This document shows, in pieces, positions 27,361 to 34,917 of a DNA stretch of 64,000 bases; positions within the stretch are counted from its first letter, which is position 1; the number at the start of each line of letters is the position of its first letter. Origin of the DNA: Candidatus Foliamicus sp. Its GTDB lineage: Bacteria; Pseudomonadota; Gammaproteobacteria; Steroidobacterales; Foliamicaceae. The notes under the pieces are model-generated. The model did no database searches and had not been told where the DNA came from. It saw only the letters and a program-made list of their open reading frames with translations. The DNA is taken from positions 3,304,874-3,368,873 of the forward strand of contig OZ250178.1 in assembly GCA_965238055.1 (NCBI GenBank), written 5' to 3'. The position numbers and the translations under genes were made by a program.

Positions 27361-29382
27361 GAACTTCACGCGCCGTATGGGCAGATAAGTCCATGCATTC
27401 AGGGGGTTAGCGCTATTCGGCCTGGACGTGTACTGGGAACATTTTGGCGGGGTCGATGTCGAGCAGTTCGAAGGCCCGGCGCTGCCCGGGCGTGGGCTGG
27501 GTGTTGACGGTGAAGGGGCGGTCTGGGTTGCCCGGCAGCTCTATGACGTTGACGGCGAGGGTTGCCAAGTCATCGAGGAGGGTCGGCAGGCTGTGCACCG
27601 GTAGGCCGTCGGCGCTGGTTTTGGTGTTGGTTTTGTGCCGTGCCCGTTGGGAGGGTTGGGCCTTGTGCACGGGTGAAGCCCGCTGAGCTTGTGCGCCTTC
27701 GGGATCGTCGTCCTCGAACAGGATTGGCGCGAGGCGGCGGCGCAGGCGCCATTCCACGTAGCAGGCCAAGGTGCACAGGAACACATGGGCGCGCACCCGC
27801 TCGGCGCTGTAGACGTAGACCGGGCGCACCTTGAGCCGGGCGCTCTTGAGGGTTCGGAAGGCGCGCTCGACGCGCGACAGCGATTTGTAGGCTGCGACGG
27901 CCTGATGAGCGCCGATCGCGGTGTCGTCGAGGCTGGTGCGCACGATGTAGATGCCGTCGAGCTGGGCCTCGGCGGTGATTTTCTCTACGTTGCGGGTGAA
28001 GGTGAGATCGTCGTCCTGCACGCGGATATCGAAGTGTTTTTCGACCTTGCGGCGGTTGGCTTCGCGTCCGACCCGGCGGTTGATCCGATCGCGCCCGCGC
28101 AGCCGGGAGCCCGGACGGCGGACGATCTCAGCGATGCGCTCCAGGATGGCCTCGGTGGCCTGAAGGAGGTCTTCGCGTTTGCGCGCCCGCTCCTCGTGCA
28201 AGCGGGGATTGAAGCACACCATCAACCGCTCGCCCGGGAAGTCGGGGCTGACGATCTCGGCGACCGCGTCGGGTTGCAACGCCGCCGGCTGCAGCGGCGC
28301 GGGCCGGCCGTCATCGAGCGGCTTCAGCAGCTTGCGCAGGTCCGCGCTCTTCAACGCCGAGATCCAGTCCAGCCCCGCAGGCGCCACCGACTCGCGCAGC
28401 CGCGCCGTGGTCAACATGCCCCGATCGCCCACCAGGGCGATGCGCCGCACCCCGAAGCGGCCTTGGAGCTTCGCCACCTGCGCCGCCACCGTCGTCGGGT
28501 CCGCGGTATTGCCGGCGAACACCTCCACGGCGATCGGGCAGCCCTCGCGGGTGCACAGCAGACCGATGACGATCTGTTTTTTGCCCCGCTTGCCGTCGCG
28601 GTTGTGACCGAACTTCGCCAGCGGGCAACACCGCCCCTCCAGGTAGCTGGAGGTCATGTCGTACAGCACCAGGGTACCGCCCTTGAGATGGCGCCGGGCC
28701 AGGCTCTTCTCGATCCACGGCTGGCGTTTGAGCAACCAATCGAGCATGTTCAGCAGCTCGTTGCCCGATACCGCGCCCAGGCCCAGTACCGCCCCCAGGC
28801 TGGAGGCCGCCGTGTCCGGGGACAGGCGCCGGGCGGTGGCCAGCTTGGACTCCGGCGCCAGCACCCGCTCGACCAGCGCCGCCAGGGCCAGATCGCGCAT
28901 CCGGCTGCGGGTGCGGTGCAGCAGGCGCGGCAGTCCCAACTGCCGGCAGGTCCCCAAGACCGCGGCCACATGGCCGTGGGGCCAGGTCCGGCGCACGATG
29001 AACGCCTCGTCGGGCGAGTTGAAGACCACACCGCCCTTGAGCAGGCGGCGGATGCCTTCGACCAGATGCGGCGGCAGGTGGGAGAGGTTGGCGAGGGTTT
29101 GTTTGCGGATCCGTTTGCCGTCGCGCCAGGCCTTGCGCAGCAGGATAGCGGGCGGGCTGTTGCGGTTGGGGATGACTTCGACGTGGTAGGACAGGGGGCG
29201 GCCATTACATGGAAACAATATTTAAGGATCATATACCTATACCAAGCGATATGCAACTCTTATAATGGGGCTATTACATGGAAACTATAATACACATGCA
29301 AACCACCAGCCCGGCACCACATTCCACCGTAAAATCAAAGACTTGGAACAATCACACCGCCTCGGCGCGCCGTGAAGCTCGG
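27361..29382 (-). mobile_element. IS1634-family insertion sequence (~2.0 kb)
   Basis: An 8-bp direct repeat GTTAGACT lies at 27353-27360 and 29383-29390. Imperfect terminal IRs are GAACTTCACGCGCCG (27361-) and GAGCTTCACGGCGCGCCG (reverse complement, ending ~29380). There is a single IS1634-type transposase. The exact right end is uncertain by 2 nt. Confidence 0.75.
27413..29218 (-). CDS. IS1634 family transposase
   Basis: 601 aa. The N-terminus 'HVEVIPNRNSPPAILLRKAWRDGKRIRKQTLANLS' is characteristic of IS1634-group transposases. DDE blocks are 'VLYDMTSSY' and 'VGDRGM'. Confidence 0.88.
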   Translation of the reverse strand: MFPCNGRPLSYHVEVIPNRNSPPAILLRKAWRDGKRIRKQTLANLSHLPPHLVEGIRRLLKGGVVFNSPDEAFIVRRTWPHGHVAAVLGTCRQLGLPRLLHRTRSRMRDLALAALVERVLAPESKLATARRLSPDTAASSLGAVLGLGAVSGNELLNMLDWLLKRQPWIEKSLARRHLKGGTLVLYDMTSSYLEGRCCPLAKFGHNRDGKRGKKQIVIGLLCTREGCPIAVEVFAGNTADPTTVAAQVAKLQGRFGVRRIALVGDRGMLTTARLRESVAPAGLDWISALKSADLRKLLKPLDDGRPAPLQPAALQPDAVAEIVSPDFPGERLMVCFNPRLHEERARKREDLLQATEAILERIAEIVRRPGSRLRGRDRINRRVGREANRRKVEKHFDIRVQDDDLTFTRNVEKITAEAQLDGIYIVRTSLDDTAIGAHQAVAAYKSLSRVERAFRTLKSARLKVRPVYVYSAERVRAHVFLCTLACYVEWRLRRRLAPILFEDDDPEGAQAQRASPVHKAQPSQRARHKTNTKTSADGLPVHSLPTLLDDLATLAVNVIELPGNPDRPFTVNTQPTPGQRRAFELLDIDPAKMFPVHVQAE

Positions 29383-29629
29383 GTTAGACTCAGAATGACT
29401 AGAGCGCGTTGATAAAGGGGCAATTGAGACATCTTGGCCGAAGAGTATTCTTGGAGGGTTCGTAGTACGTTGGATTGGAAATACCGGGAAGTTCGGGATT
29501 GCTTCGAGATGGTTACTTCAGGACTCGTTTACTCGGCGTGGACTGCGCATAACTTTATGACTCAGGCAGGGCAATTAGGGTACATAGTAGAGCAAGATTA
29601 ATTATGGCTGGATTCCGGCATAGTAGGCA

Positions 29630-30241
29630 TCACGGCGACGTTTGGACAGATGTCTCAAGCCATGAGCCAATATCCCTCCAAAGTTTGTCGAATGATGGTG
29701 AAAGCCGCCTCGCGCAATCAAGATCAAAGACGTTCGTTAGCGCGGGCTGATGAAGCGTTGCGCGGTAAGCTTGACCCTTTGGCATGCGAGAACTCAACCA
29801 ACCCTTCGCGTTCTTAATTGACTCTGGATCAGACGGCTCAAGGACAGAATTCCCTATGCCATGACTTCCAGCAAGCGAGCTAGCTGCTGCCAGAAACCAA
29901 GCTTCATATTCGACTTTTGCTAACACGACCCTAATTTCCCGGTCTGAACGAGCCTTGGAGGCTCGCCCCATTAATTTTGGAGCCAGCTTCTTGGGGCAAT
30001 CACTATTGGCATCGAGAAGAATCAGAATGCACCCACACTTTCCACATCGCCGGGCCGCGAGATTCACTGCGCGTTCCAACTCTCCCTCTTTTACGATCTT
30101 GTGGCGCCTCACTCTGATCGGCCGAACGTGATCGACCGGCTGTTCCGGGGATATTCGTTGGACAATTCGCCGCAGCAAGATCGGAACAGCCTCTACTTCA
30201 CCGTGCCCTTCAACTATTGCAGCAATCCGGCGCATAGTCAC
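29630..30241 (-). CDS. DUF4276-like protein (predicted Toprim-like fold), gene 4 of the candidate system
   Basis: 203 aa. The N-terminal 'IAAIVEGHGEVEAVPILL' carries the conserved Glu, 'CILILLDANSDC' is a DxD-like acidic strand, and 'KVEYEAWFLA' follows. The pattern matches DUF4276/RloB/Toprim-type proteins from memory. The GTG start (30241) overlaps the ATPase stop (GTGA). Confidence 0.65.
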   Translation of the reverse strand: MTMRRIAAIVEGHGEVEAVPILLRRIVQRISPEQPVDHVRPIRVRRHKIVKEGELERAVNLAARRCGKCGCILILLDANSDCPKKLAPKLMGRASKARSDREIRVVLAKVEYEAWFLAAASSLAGSHGIGNSVLEPSDPESIKNAKGWLSSRMPKGQAYRATLHQPALTNVFDLDCARRLSPSFDKLWRDIGSWLETSVQTSP

Positions 30242-31446
30242 GGATCGGGTCCAAATAACGTAAGCTGGCTGGGCTTCAAGATCGAGAGTTCCGGATCGGG
30301 ACTGAGTTGGTCCATTCGGAGAAGCTCGCCTGGCGTATAGAGATGCTCACGCAAAACTGAGCGTCCAGCTTCATCCAATGGTCCAATACGGGTCTCTCCG
30401 TGCTCTGCTACAACTGCAAAAATTGACTCATCTGGAATGTCGTCGCTATCCAGCAAATCAGGACTGTGACTCGTCACCAAAATCTGGGCCTGCTCTGCCG
30501 CGTCACGCAGGCTGTCAATTAAAACTCCGGCCGCTGCAGGATGGAGCGCAGCCTCTGGTTCCTCGATACCTACCAAGCGGCGAATCGACTCACTATTGCC
30601 CGCGCTTTGAAAAAGGGCAACAAGCACCCCGAGAGCGCGTAGGGTACCGTCCGACATGTTGCTTGCAAAAAATCGCCAAGGATACTGCGCACCTCGAACT
30701 TCTTGGCGAAATTCAATAGTCTCTCTCGGACCAACTACCCGTCTGTTGACACCTTCTAATCCGGGCACTACTTTCCCAAGGTAGGCTTCAATCCGCTTCT
30801 TGAAATCGGGTGAACGAGACCCAAGGGTAGTCAAAACACTAGCAATATTGCTCCCATCGCGCTTAAGCAGTTCACCTGGATCTGGAAGCTGCAGGTCTCG
30901 AATCGCGTTCGGATTCAAGTTGTACACACCCGTGCTTGAGAGTGCGTCATAGACAAGGCGAAATTCCTTCACTCCTGATACATTGACTAAGTACAAACGA
31001 TCCTTTGCGGCGGCCAAAGGCGGAACTACGGTGCTTTTGGTGACCCGCCCTCGATCTACCTTGTAGAAGAAATATTCGCTAGCTTGCTTCGGCTTGACAA
31101 GGCATTCTTCGCACTGGATCTCGTAGCCCCCTTGCCTCTTGGCGCCAACCGTAAACGCGTAACGGCCGCGATAGTCTCCAAGATCAAACCCCAAGCGAAT
31201 ACCGAAGTGGGTGGGATGACCGCCGGAGCGCCTGCGAACCTCGTTAACTCCTCCCCTATCACGTAGCGCATGATCAATCGAGAAGCGGAGTGAGTCGGCC
31301 ACAAAGCGAAGCGCGTCGAGAAAATTGCTTTTCCCTGAACCGTTGGGGCCGACAAGAAACGAAAGCTGGGCTGGTGAAACATCACACGCAGCAATACTCT
31401 TGTAGTTTCTCAGAACCACACGCGTCAGTAATCGGCGTTCGTTCAT
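30238..31446 (-). CDS. ABC-type AAA ATPase (AAA_21/AAA_15-like, OLD/AbiL/PARIS-type ATPase), gene 3 of the candidate system
   Basis: It has Walker A 'LVGPNGSGKSNFLDAL', a signature-like 'MSDGTLRALGVLVALF', Walker B/D-loop 'LVGIEEPEAALHP' and H-loop 'LVTSHSPDLL'. The ATG at 31446 lies 4 nt after the TIR-like stop and is preceded by GAAGG. An alternative ATG at 31464 would overlap the TIR gene by 14 nt. Confidence 0.8.
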   Translation of the reverse strand: MNERRLLTRVVLRNYKSIAACDVSPAQLSFLVGPNGSGKSNFLDALRFVADSLRFSIDHALRDRGGVNEVRRRSGGHPTHFGIRLGFDLGDYRGRYAFTVGAKRQGGYEIQCEECLVKPKQASEYFFYKVDRGRVTKSTVVPPLAAAKDRLYLVNVSGVKEFRLVYDALSSTGVYNLNPNAIRDLQLPDPGELLKRDGSNIASVLTTLGSRSPDFKKRIEAYLGKVVPGLEGVNRRVVGPRETIEFRQEVRGAQYPWRFFASNMSDGTLRALGVLVALFQSAGNSESIRRLVGIEEPEAALHPAAAGVLIDSLRDAAEQAQILVTSHSPDLLDSDDIPDESIFAVVAEHGETRIGPLDEAGRSVLREHLYTPGELLRMDQLSPDPELSILKPSQLTLFGPDP

Positions 31447-31450
31447 GCCT

Positions 31451-31894
31451 TCATCGACCTGCATCCCTGGCCGCTTTCTCTATCCATTGCCCCATGTTCT
31501 TGTGGCCGTCTTGGCGGTCCCACAGATAGAACGGATAGCCCTCCGGGATCTGACCGCACCTGTACGTAGTATTTCCTTGAAGATCTTTTATCTTGCTGAT
31601 ATCGATCCCGAGCAGGCCGTTGCCTCTCTCTATGCTCTGGTCAATTTCATACTGGACGTACTTGCTAGAGCAGGTACGGGACCCGACAAACACCACGGTT
31701 ACGGAAGTGCCTTGGAGCTGGTCTCTGATCCACCTCTTGATGGCGGCGTCACCGCCTCTCTTGACAGCCTCAAATTTCGCGGCATCCACGAAGCCCGCTG
31801 CTTCCTTTCCTTGAGTGACCCAGCTATTGCGTACTACCATGGCGCGAGACACGTCGTGCCTATATTCAAAGCTAAAAAAGACTCTGTGTGCCAT
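31451..31894 (-). CDS. TIR-like domain protein (DUF1863 / ThsB-like), gene 2 of the candidate system
   Basis: 147 aa. 'HRVFFSFEYRHDVSRAMVVRNSW', then 'VTVVFVGSRTCSSKYVQYEIDQSI' with the candidate catalytic Glu in 'QYEID', then 'GLLGIDI'. The pattern matches the MTH538/DUF1863 TIR-like family from memory. A GGGAGAAG RBS precedes the ATG. Confidence 0.7.
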   Translation of the reverse strand: MAHRVFFSFEYRHDVSRAMVVRNSWVTQGKEAAGFVDAAKFEAVKRGGDAAIKRWIRDQLQGTSVTVVFVGSRTCSSKYVQYEIDQSIERGNGLLGIDISKIKDLQGNTTYRCGQIPEGYPFYLWDRQDGHKNMGQWIEKAARDAGR

Positions 31895-31906
31895 CGTTTC
31901 TTCTCC

Positions 31907-32311
31907 CTAGTGTTTGTTGAGAATCGAGGCTAAAACGAGCGCGATAACTAGAGCGCCATGAAAGAACACCAGTGTCTTCGAGCATGTGGCACCCAGCCAA
32001 GTTCGTGCACGAGTATGCATGAAGGGGCTAACATTCATGGAAAAGTCAATGTCAGCGTCCGGCAATTGACGGACATGGTCGTAGAGTGCGCGAAATAGAC
32101 GTTCCTGCCAAAGAAAGTAGCCGTCTAGTCCCCAAAAGATTATCACGGGCACCAGACCGATTGGAGCAAATTCGATGTGGCCTTCCCTTGCTAGGACGGC
32201 CAACAGAGCTGCAATCAGCAGCACGCTCCAGCCCTTCATACGGAACGAATTGGAGGCGAGGCGGTTGACCACACCCTGGATAAATTCGAGATGCTTAAAT
32301 TTGCGTTCCAT
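31907..32311 (-). CDS. Small 3-TM membrane protein (possible SLATT-like effector), gene 1 of the candidate system
   Basis: 134 aa from ATG 32311, with an AGGA RBS 5 nt upstream. It has an amphipathic N-terminus 'LEFIQGVVNRLASNSFRMKGW'. Hydrophobic spans are 'SVLLIAALLAVLA', 'FAPIGLVPVIIFWGLDGYFLW' and 'TLVFFHGALVIALVLASIL'. The ORF-track start at 32377 is an alternative. Confidence 0.6.
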   Translation of the reverse strand: MERKFKHLEFIQGVVNRLASNSFRMKGWSVLLIAALLAVLAREGHIEFAPIGLVPVIIFWGLDGYFLWQERLFRALYDHVRQLPDADIDFSMNVSPFMHTRARTWLGATCSKTLVFFHGALVIALVLASILNKH

Positions 32312-32326
32312 CAATCCTAACCTTCC

Positions 32327-32356
32327 GGGTCGATTGACCCAAGGGAACGGGTTCCC
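32327..32356. promoter_or_regulatory. Two adjacent short palindromes just upstream of the 4-gene operon (candidate operator)
   Basis: GGGTC-gatt-GACCC (32327-32340) and GGGAAC-gg-GTTCCC (32343-32356) lie 16-45 nt upstream of ATG 32311 on the minus strand. Confidence 0.25.
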
Positions 32357-32627
32357 ATAGCGTACTCGACACGGCAACTGCGGTGGAAGTGGTCGCCAGA
32401 TGAAACGGACAAACTACCATCAGCGACACGACAACTTCCGCATGCGGACTTAGGCTAGTCTCGGGCCAAAAAAGCTGCCGAATTCAAGGTAGCGAGCAAC
32501 GATTCCATTTCATGTTTCTTCAAGCCCGCGCTGTCCACTGTCCAATGAGACGATCTGCAATTTGCCGAGAATCGTTCTGAGAGGGCAATAGCCGCGAGAG
32601 CGTATGCGGAAAGCAGTGCGCGCCAAA

Positions 32628-33470
32628 CTATTGCGCAGGTCCCGATCGAGCAGCCGCCAGGAACAGGTCGGCGCAGGCTTGTGGCTCGGTCACCATGGCG
32701 TCATGGCCGGTCTTCAGCTCCACGTATCGCCAATCAGGATGGTTCTTCGCGTGCGTGGCGTGATTGTTCAGTCCAGCGCCGGGCATTGGCGGTTCGGTGC
32801 AGTTAATGAAAGTACACGGAACACCTTCTTCGCCTCCGTTTTCAAATTTGACCGGATCCAGCCAACTCTTCAAGGGGTGAGGGGTGAGCCTTCGGGTCAC
32901 CCATGCCAGAACATCAGCCGGTTCCGGCGGAATTCCAAAGCGTTCACCAGAAAAACCCACCACATAGTTACCGTCCGGCGCGATCCGGCGCAACTGTTCC
33001 TTGTTCGCAGCCATTGCCTCCACGCTAACGTCCCGGCGCGCCGTTAGCAGACTCTCTCCGTCGCGCGGGACGATTGCATCCAGGTAAACAAGGTGTCTCA
33101 GACGCGCCTTTGCCCTGTCCGCCACGCCGGAAATTACCAGGCCACCGTAGGAATGCCCCACCAGGACGACGTCTTCGAGTTCTTCCCACTCCAACACGTT
33201 GACGATGTCCATGATGTGGGTCTCGAGCCCAATATCAGGCTCAAGCAGGTGCGCGCGCTCGCCACAACCGGTCATCGTGGGCGTATACACACGATGTCCT
33301 TGCTCTTGCAGAATGTCTCGAACGAATTTCCAGCACCAGCCGCCGTGGCCCGTTCCATGAACCAGGACGAATAGAACAGGGTCATCCGTGCGTTCATGCG
33401 CCTTCGCGCCCTGAATTCCTGCCGCCGCAACGGCCCCACCGATAAAAGCTCTACGTGTTGCAGGTGGCAT
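32628..33470 (-). CDS. Alpha/beta hydrolase with Tat-type signal peptide (exported paralog of 26545-27282)
   Basis: 280 aa. 'MPPATRRAFIGGAVAAAGIQGAKA' is twin-arginine-like, followed by 'FVLVHGTGHGGWCWKFV' and 'GHSYGG'. Its start lies 5 nt from the stop of the upstream permease gene. Confidence 0.85.
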   Translation of the reverse strand: MPPATRRAFIGGAVAAAGIQGAKAHERTDDPVLFVLVHGTGHGGWCWKFVRDILQEQGHRVYTPTMTGCGERAHLLEPDIGLETHIMDIVNVLEWEELEDVVLVGHSYGGLVISGVADRAKARLRHLVYLDAIVPRDGESLLTARRDVSVEAMAANKEQLRRIAPDGNYVVGFSGERFGIPPEPADVLAWVTRRLTPHPLKSWLDPVKFENGGEEGVPCTFINCTEPPMPGAGLNNHATHAKNHPDWRYVELKTGHDAMVTEPQACADLFLAAARSGPAQ

Positions 33471-33474
33471 ATCC

Positions 33475-34917
33475 CTACCTCCCCTCAGCCTCGCGGCGCG
33501 AAAAAAGCCAAAATACCATCAGTCCGGCCTGCACCCAAGCTGATATTGCGCCCAGCACCAGGTCCCCGCTCTCCGCGCCCAAAGCTACGGGAGTAAACAG
33601 TGTGTAGAGCTGAAAACCTCCCACTACCGCATTGACTCCGGTCAGTGCCGCCGGCAGGAACAGACCCAGGAACAGCCATGACACCAGCGCGACCAGTTCA
33701 GGCCAGCGCCGAATCCGCCCCGCGAGAACCAGGAACAGAATGCCCATGTCCCGCACCATGAAGCCAAGCAGGGATACCGCCCAGAAGTTCTGTTGCACAA
33801 AGTCGTATTCGTCCGAGCGAGAGAACACGCCCAAAACGAGGCGGACCGCCAATGCCGCCGCCATGAGCAGCAATATCAGCAGCCAGGCGGGCGCAGCGTG
33901 AAAGCTGGGCGCCGCAAGGAATTCCCCAGCACGCCGCCGGTCCACACGCTCGGCCAGGCCCCACAGGTAAGCGATCGCCGCCAGCACAAGCAGCAACGCG
34001 GCGGTAGCGAGCATACCGGCGCTGTATTCGCCTTCGAGCTGAATCAGTTGCGGTACGCCGCCTGCCGCGGCCGCCGTTCCTGCCCACCACAGCCCTACGC
34101 CAAGACTCACCACAACGGCTTCGGAGGCAAAGCGCCCCGTGCTCAAGGTCTCGCGGGCGGTACACCAGCACCAGAACCAGGACAGCATCACGAATACCAG
34201 GCCGCTCACCGCCCAGAAACTGTCATGGTTCATCGGCAGCAGACCAAACCAGAACGGAACGCTGTCCATTGCAGCCATGACCTGCGGTGCAAACGTTCCC
34301 CGCATAGCGGTAAGCGGAATGCTTAGCAAAAGCGCCAGCAGGATCGCAACGACAAACGATCGGCCGCGGGCCGCCCTGGAGCGATCGCAGTTACGGATCG
34401 CCAGGGCCAGTGCGATAAAACGCGCAAAAAGGTTGGTGCACACCATCAACCAGGCATTCAGCGGAAAGGCCGCCTGCTTCTGCTCCATCATTCGCTGGAC
34501 AAACCCCGGATCCATTCCCCTGGCCTGAGCAATCAGGTCTTCGGTGGGCAGGTATACGCCCAGGGCCCAGCACACAAGGGCGCAAAGTGCCACCAGGTCG
34601 GTCAATGCGGCGCCGCCGAAGGCCTTGCCCAGCATTAACTGGGTCGGACTCAATGCGCTCATGCGCTGGCGCTGCCAGGTATGCCGGTTGTGTTCTTCGG
34701 TTATCGCACCGACTACGCGGATCGGAGTGACCACGAAACTCAAAACGCCGAAGGCAATCAGAGCGGCAGTGCCCAGGACCGACCAGTCCCAGGCGAGCTG
34801 AATGCACAAGGCCACGCCAGCCGACAGGAACACGGCGACCGCCAACCGCAATGGCGTGCATTCCGCGCGCCAACCGCGCAAAAGTTCCGGATTCAGGCGC
34901 ACCAGTAGTTCAGTCAT
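33475..34917 (-). CDS. Polytopic membrane protein, probable ABC-transporter permease partner
   Basis: ~480 aa and very hydrophobic with many TM spans. The ATG at 34917 overlaps the upstream ABC ATPase stop (ATGACTGA). No specific family recognised. Confidence 0.6.
   Translation of the reverse strand: MTELLVRLNPELLRGWRAECTPLRLAVAVFLSAGVALCIQLAWDWSVLGTAALIAFGVLSFVVTPIRVVGAITEEHNRHTWQRQRMSALSPTQLMLGKAFGGAALTDLVALCALVCWALGVYLPTEDLIAQARGMDPGFVQRMMEQKQAAFPLNAWLMVCTNLFARFIALALAIRNCDRSRAARGRSFVVAILLALLLSIPLTAMRGTFAPQVMAAMDSVPFWFGLLPMNHDSFWAVSGLVFVMLSWFWCWCTARETLSTGRFASEAVVVSLGVGLWWAGTAAAAGGVPQLIQLEGEYSAGMLATAALLLVLAAIAYLWGLAERVDRRRAGEFLAAPSFHAAPAWLLILLLMAAALAVRLVLGVFSRSDEYDFVQQNFWAVSLLGFMVRDMGILFLVLAGRIRRWPELVALVSWLFLGLFLPAALTGVNAVVGGFQLYTLFTPVALGAESGDLVLGAISAWVQAGLMVFWLFSRREAEGR

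Noticed and set aside
27689-29290. 533-aa plus-strand ORF
   Set aside because: It is antisense to the IS1634 transposase, which has clear family signatures. No motifs are present.
29391-29629. Possible small gene or ncRNA (for example a retron-like msr/msd) downstream of the DUF4276 gene
   Set aside because: There is no ORF of 60 aa or more, no obvious inverted repeats or structured motif, and no reverse transcriptase nearby. It is left unannotated.
26545-33470. Interpretation of the two hydrolase genes as a recent tandem duplication or long direct repeats of a composite transposon
   Set aside because: The proteins are very similar, but the nucleotide sequences differ at many positions and one copy has an extra Tat leader. 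They are old paralogs rather than recent repeats.
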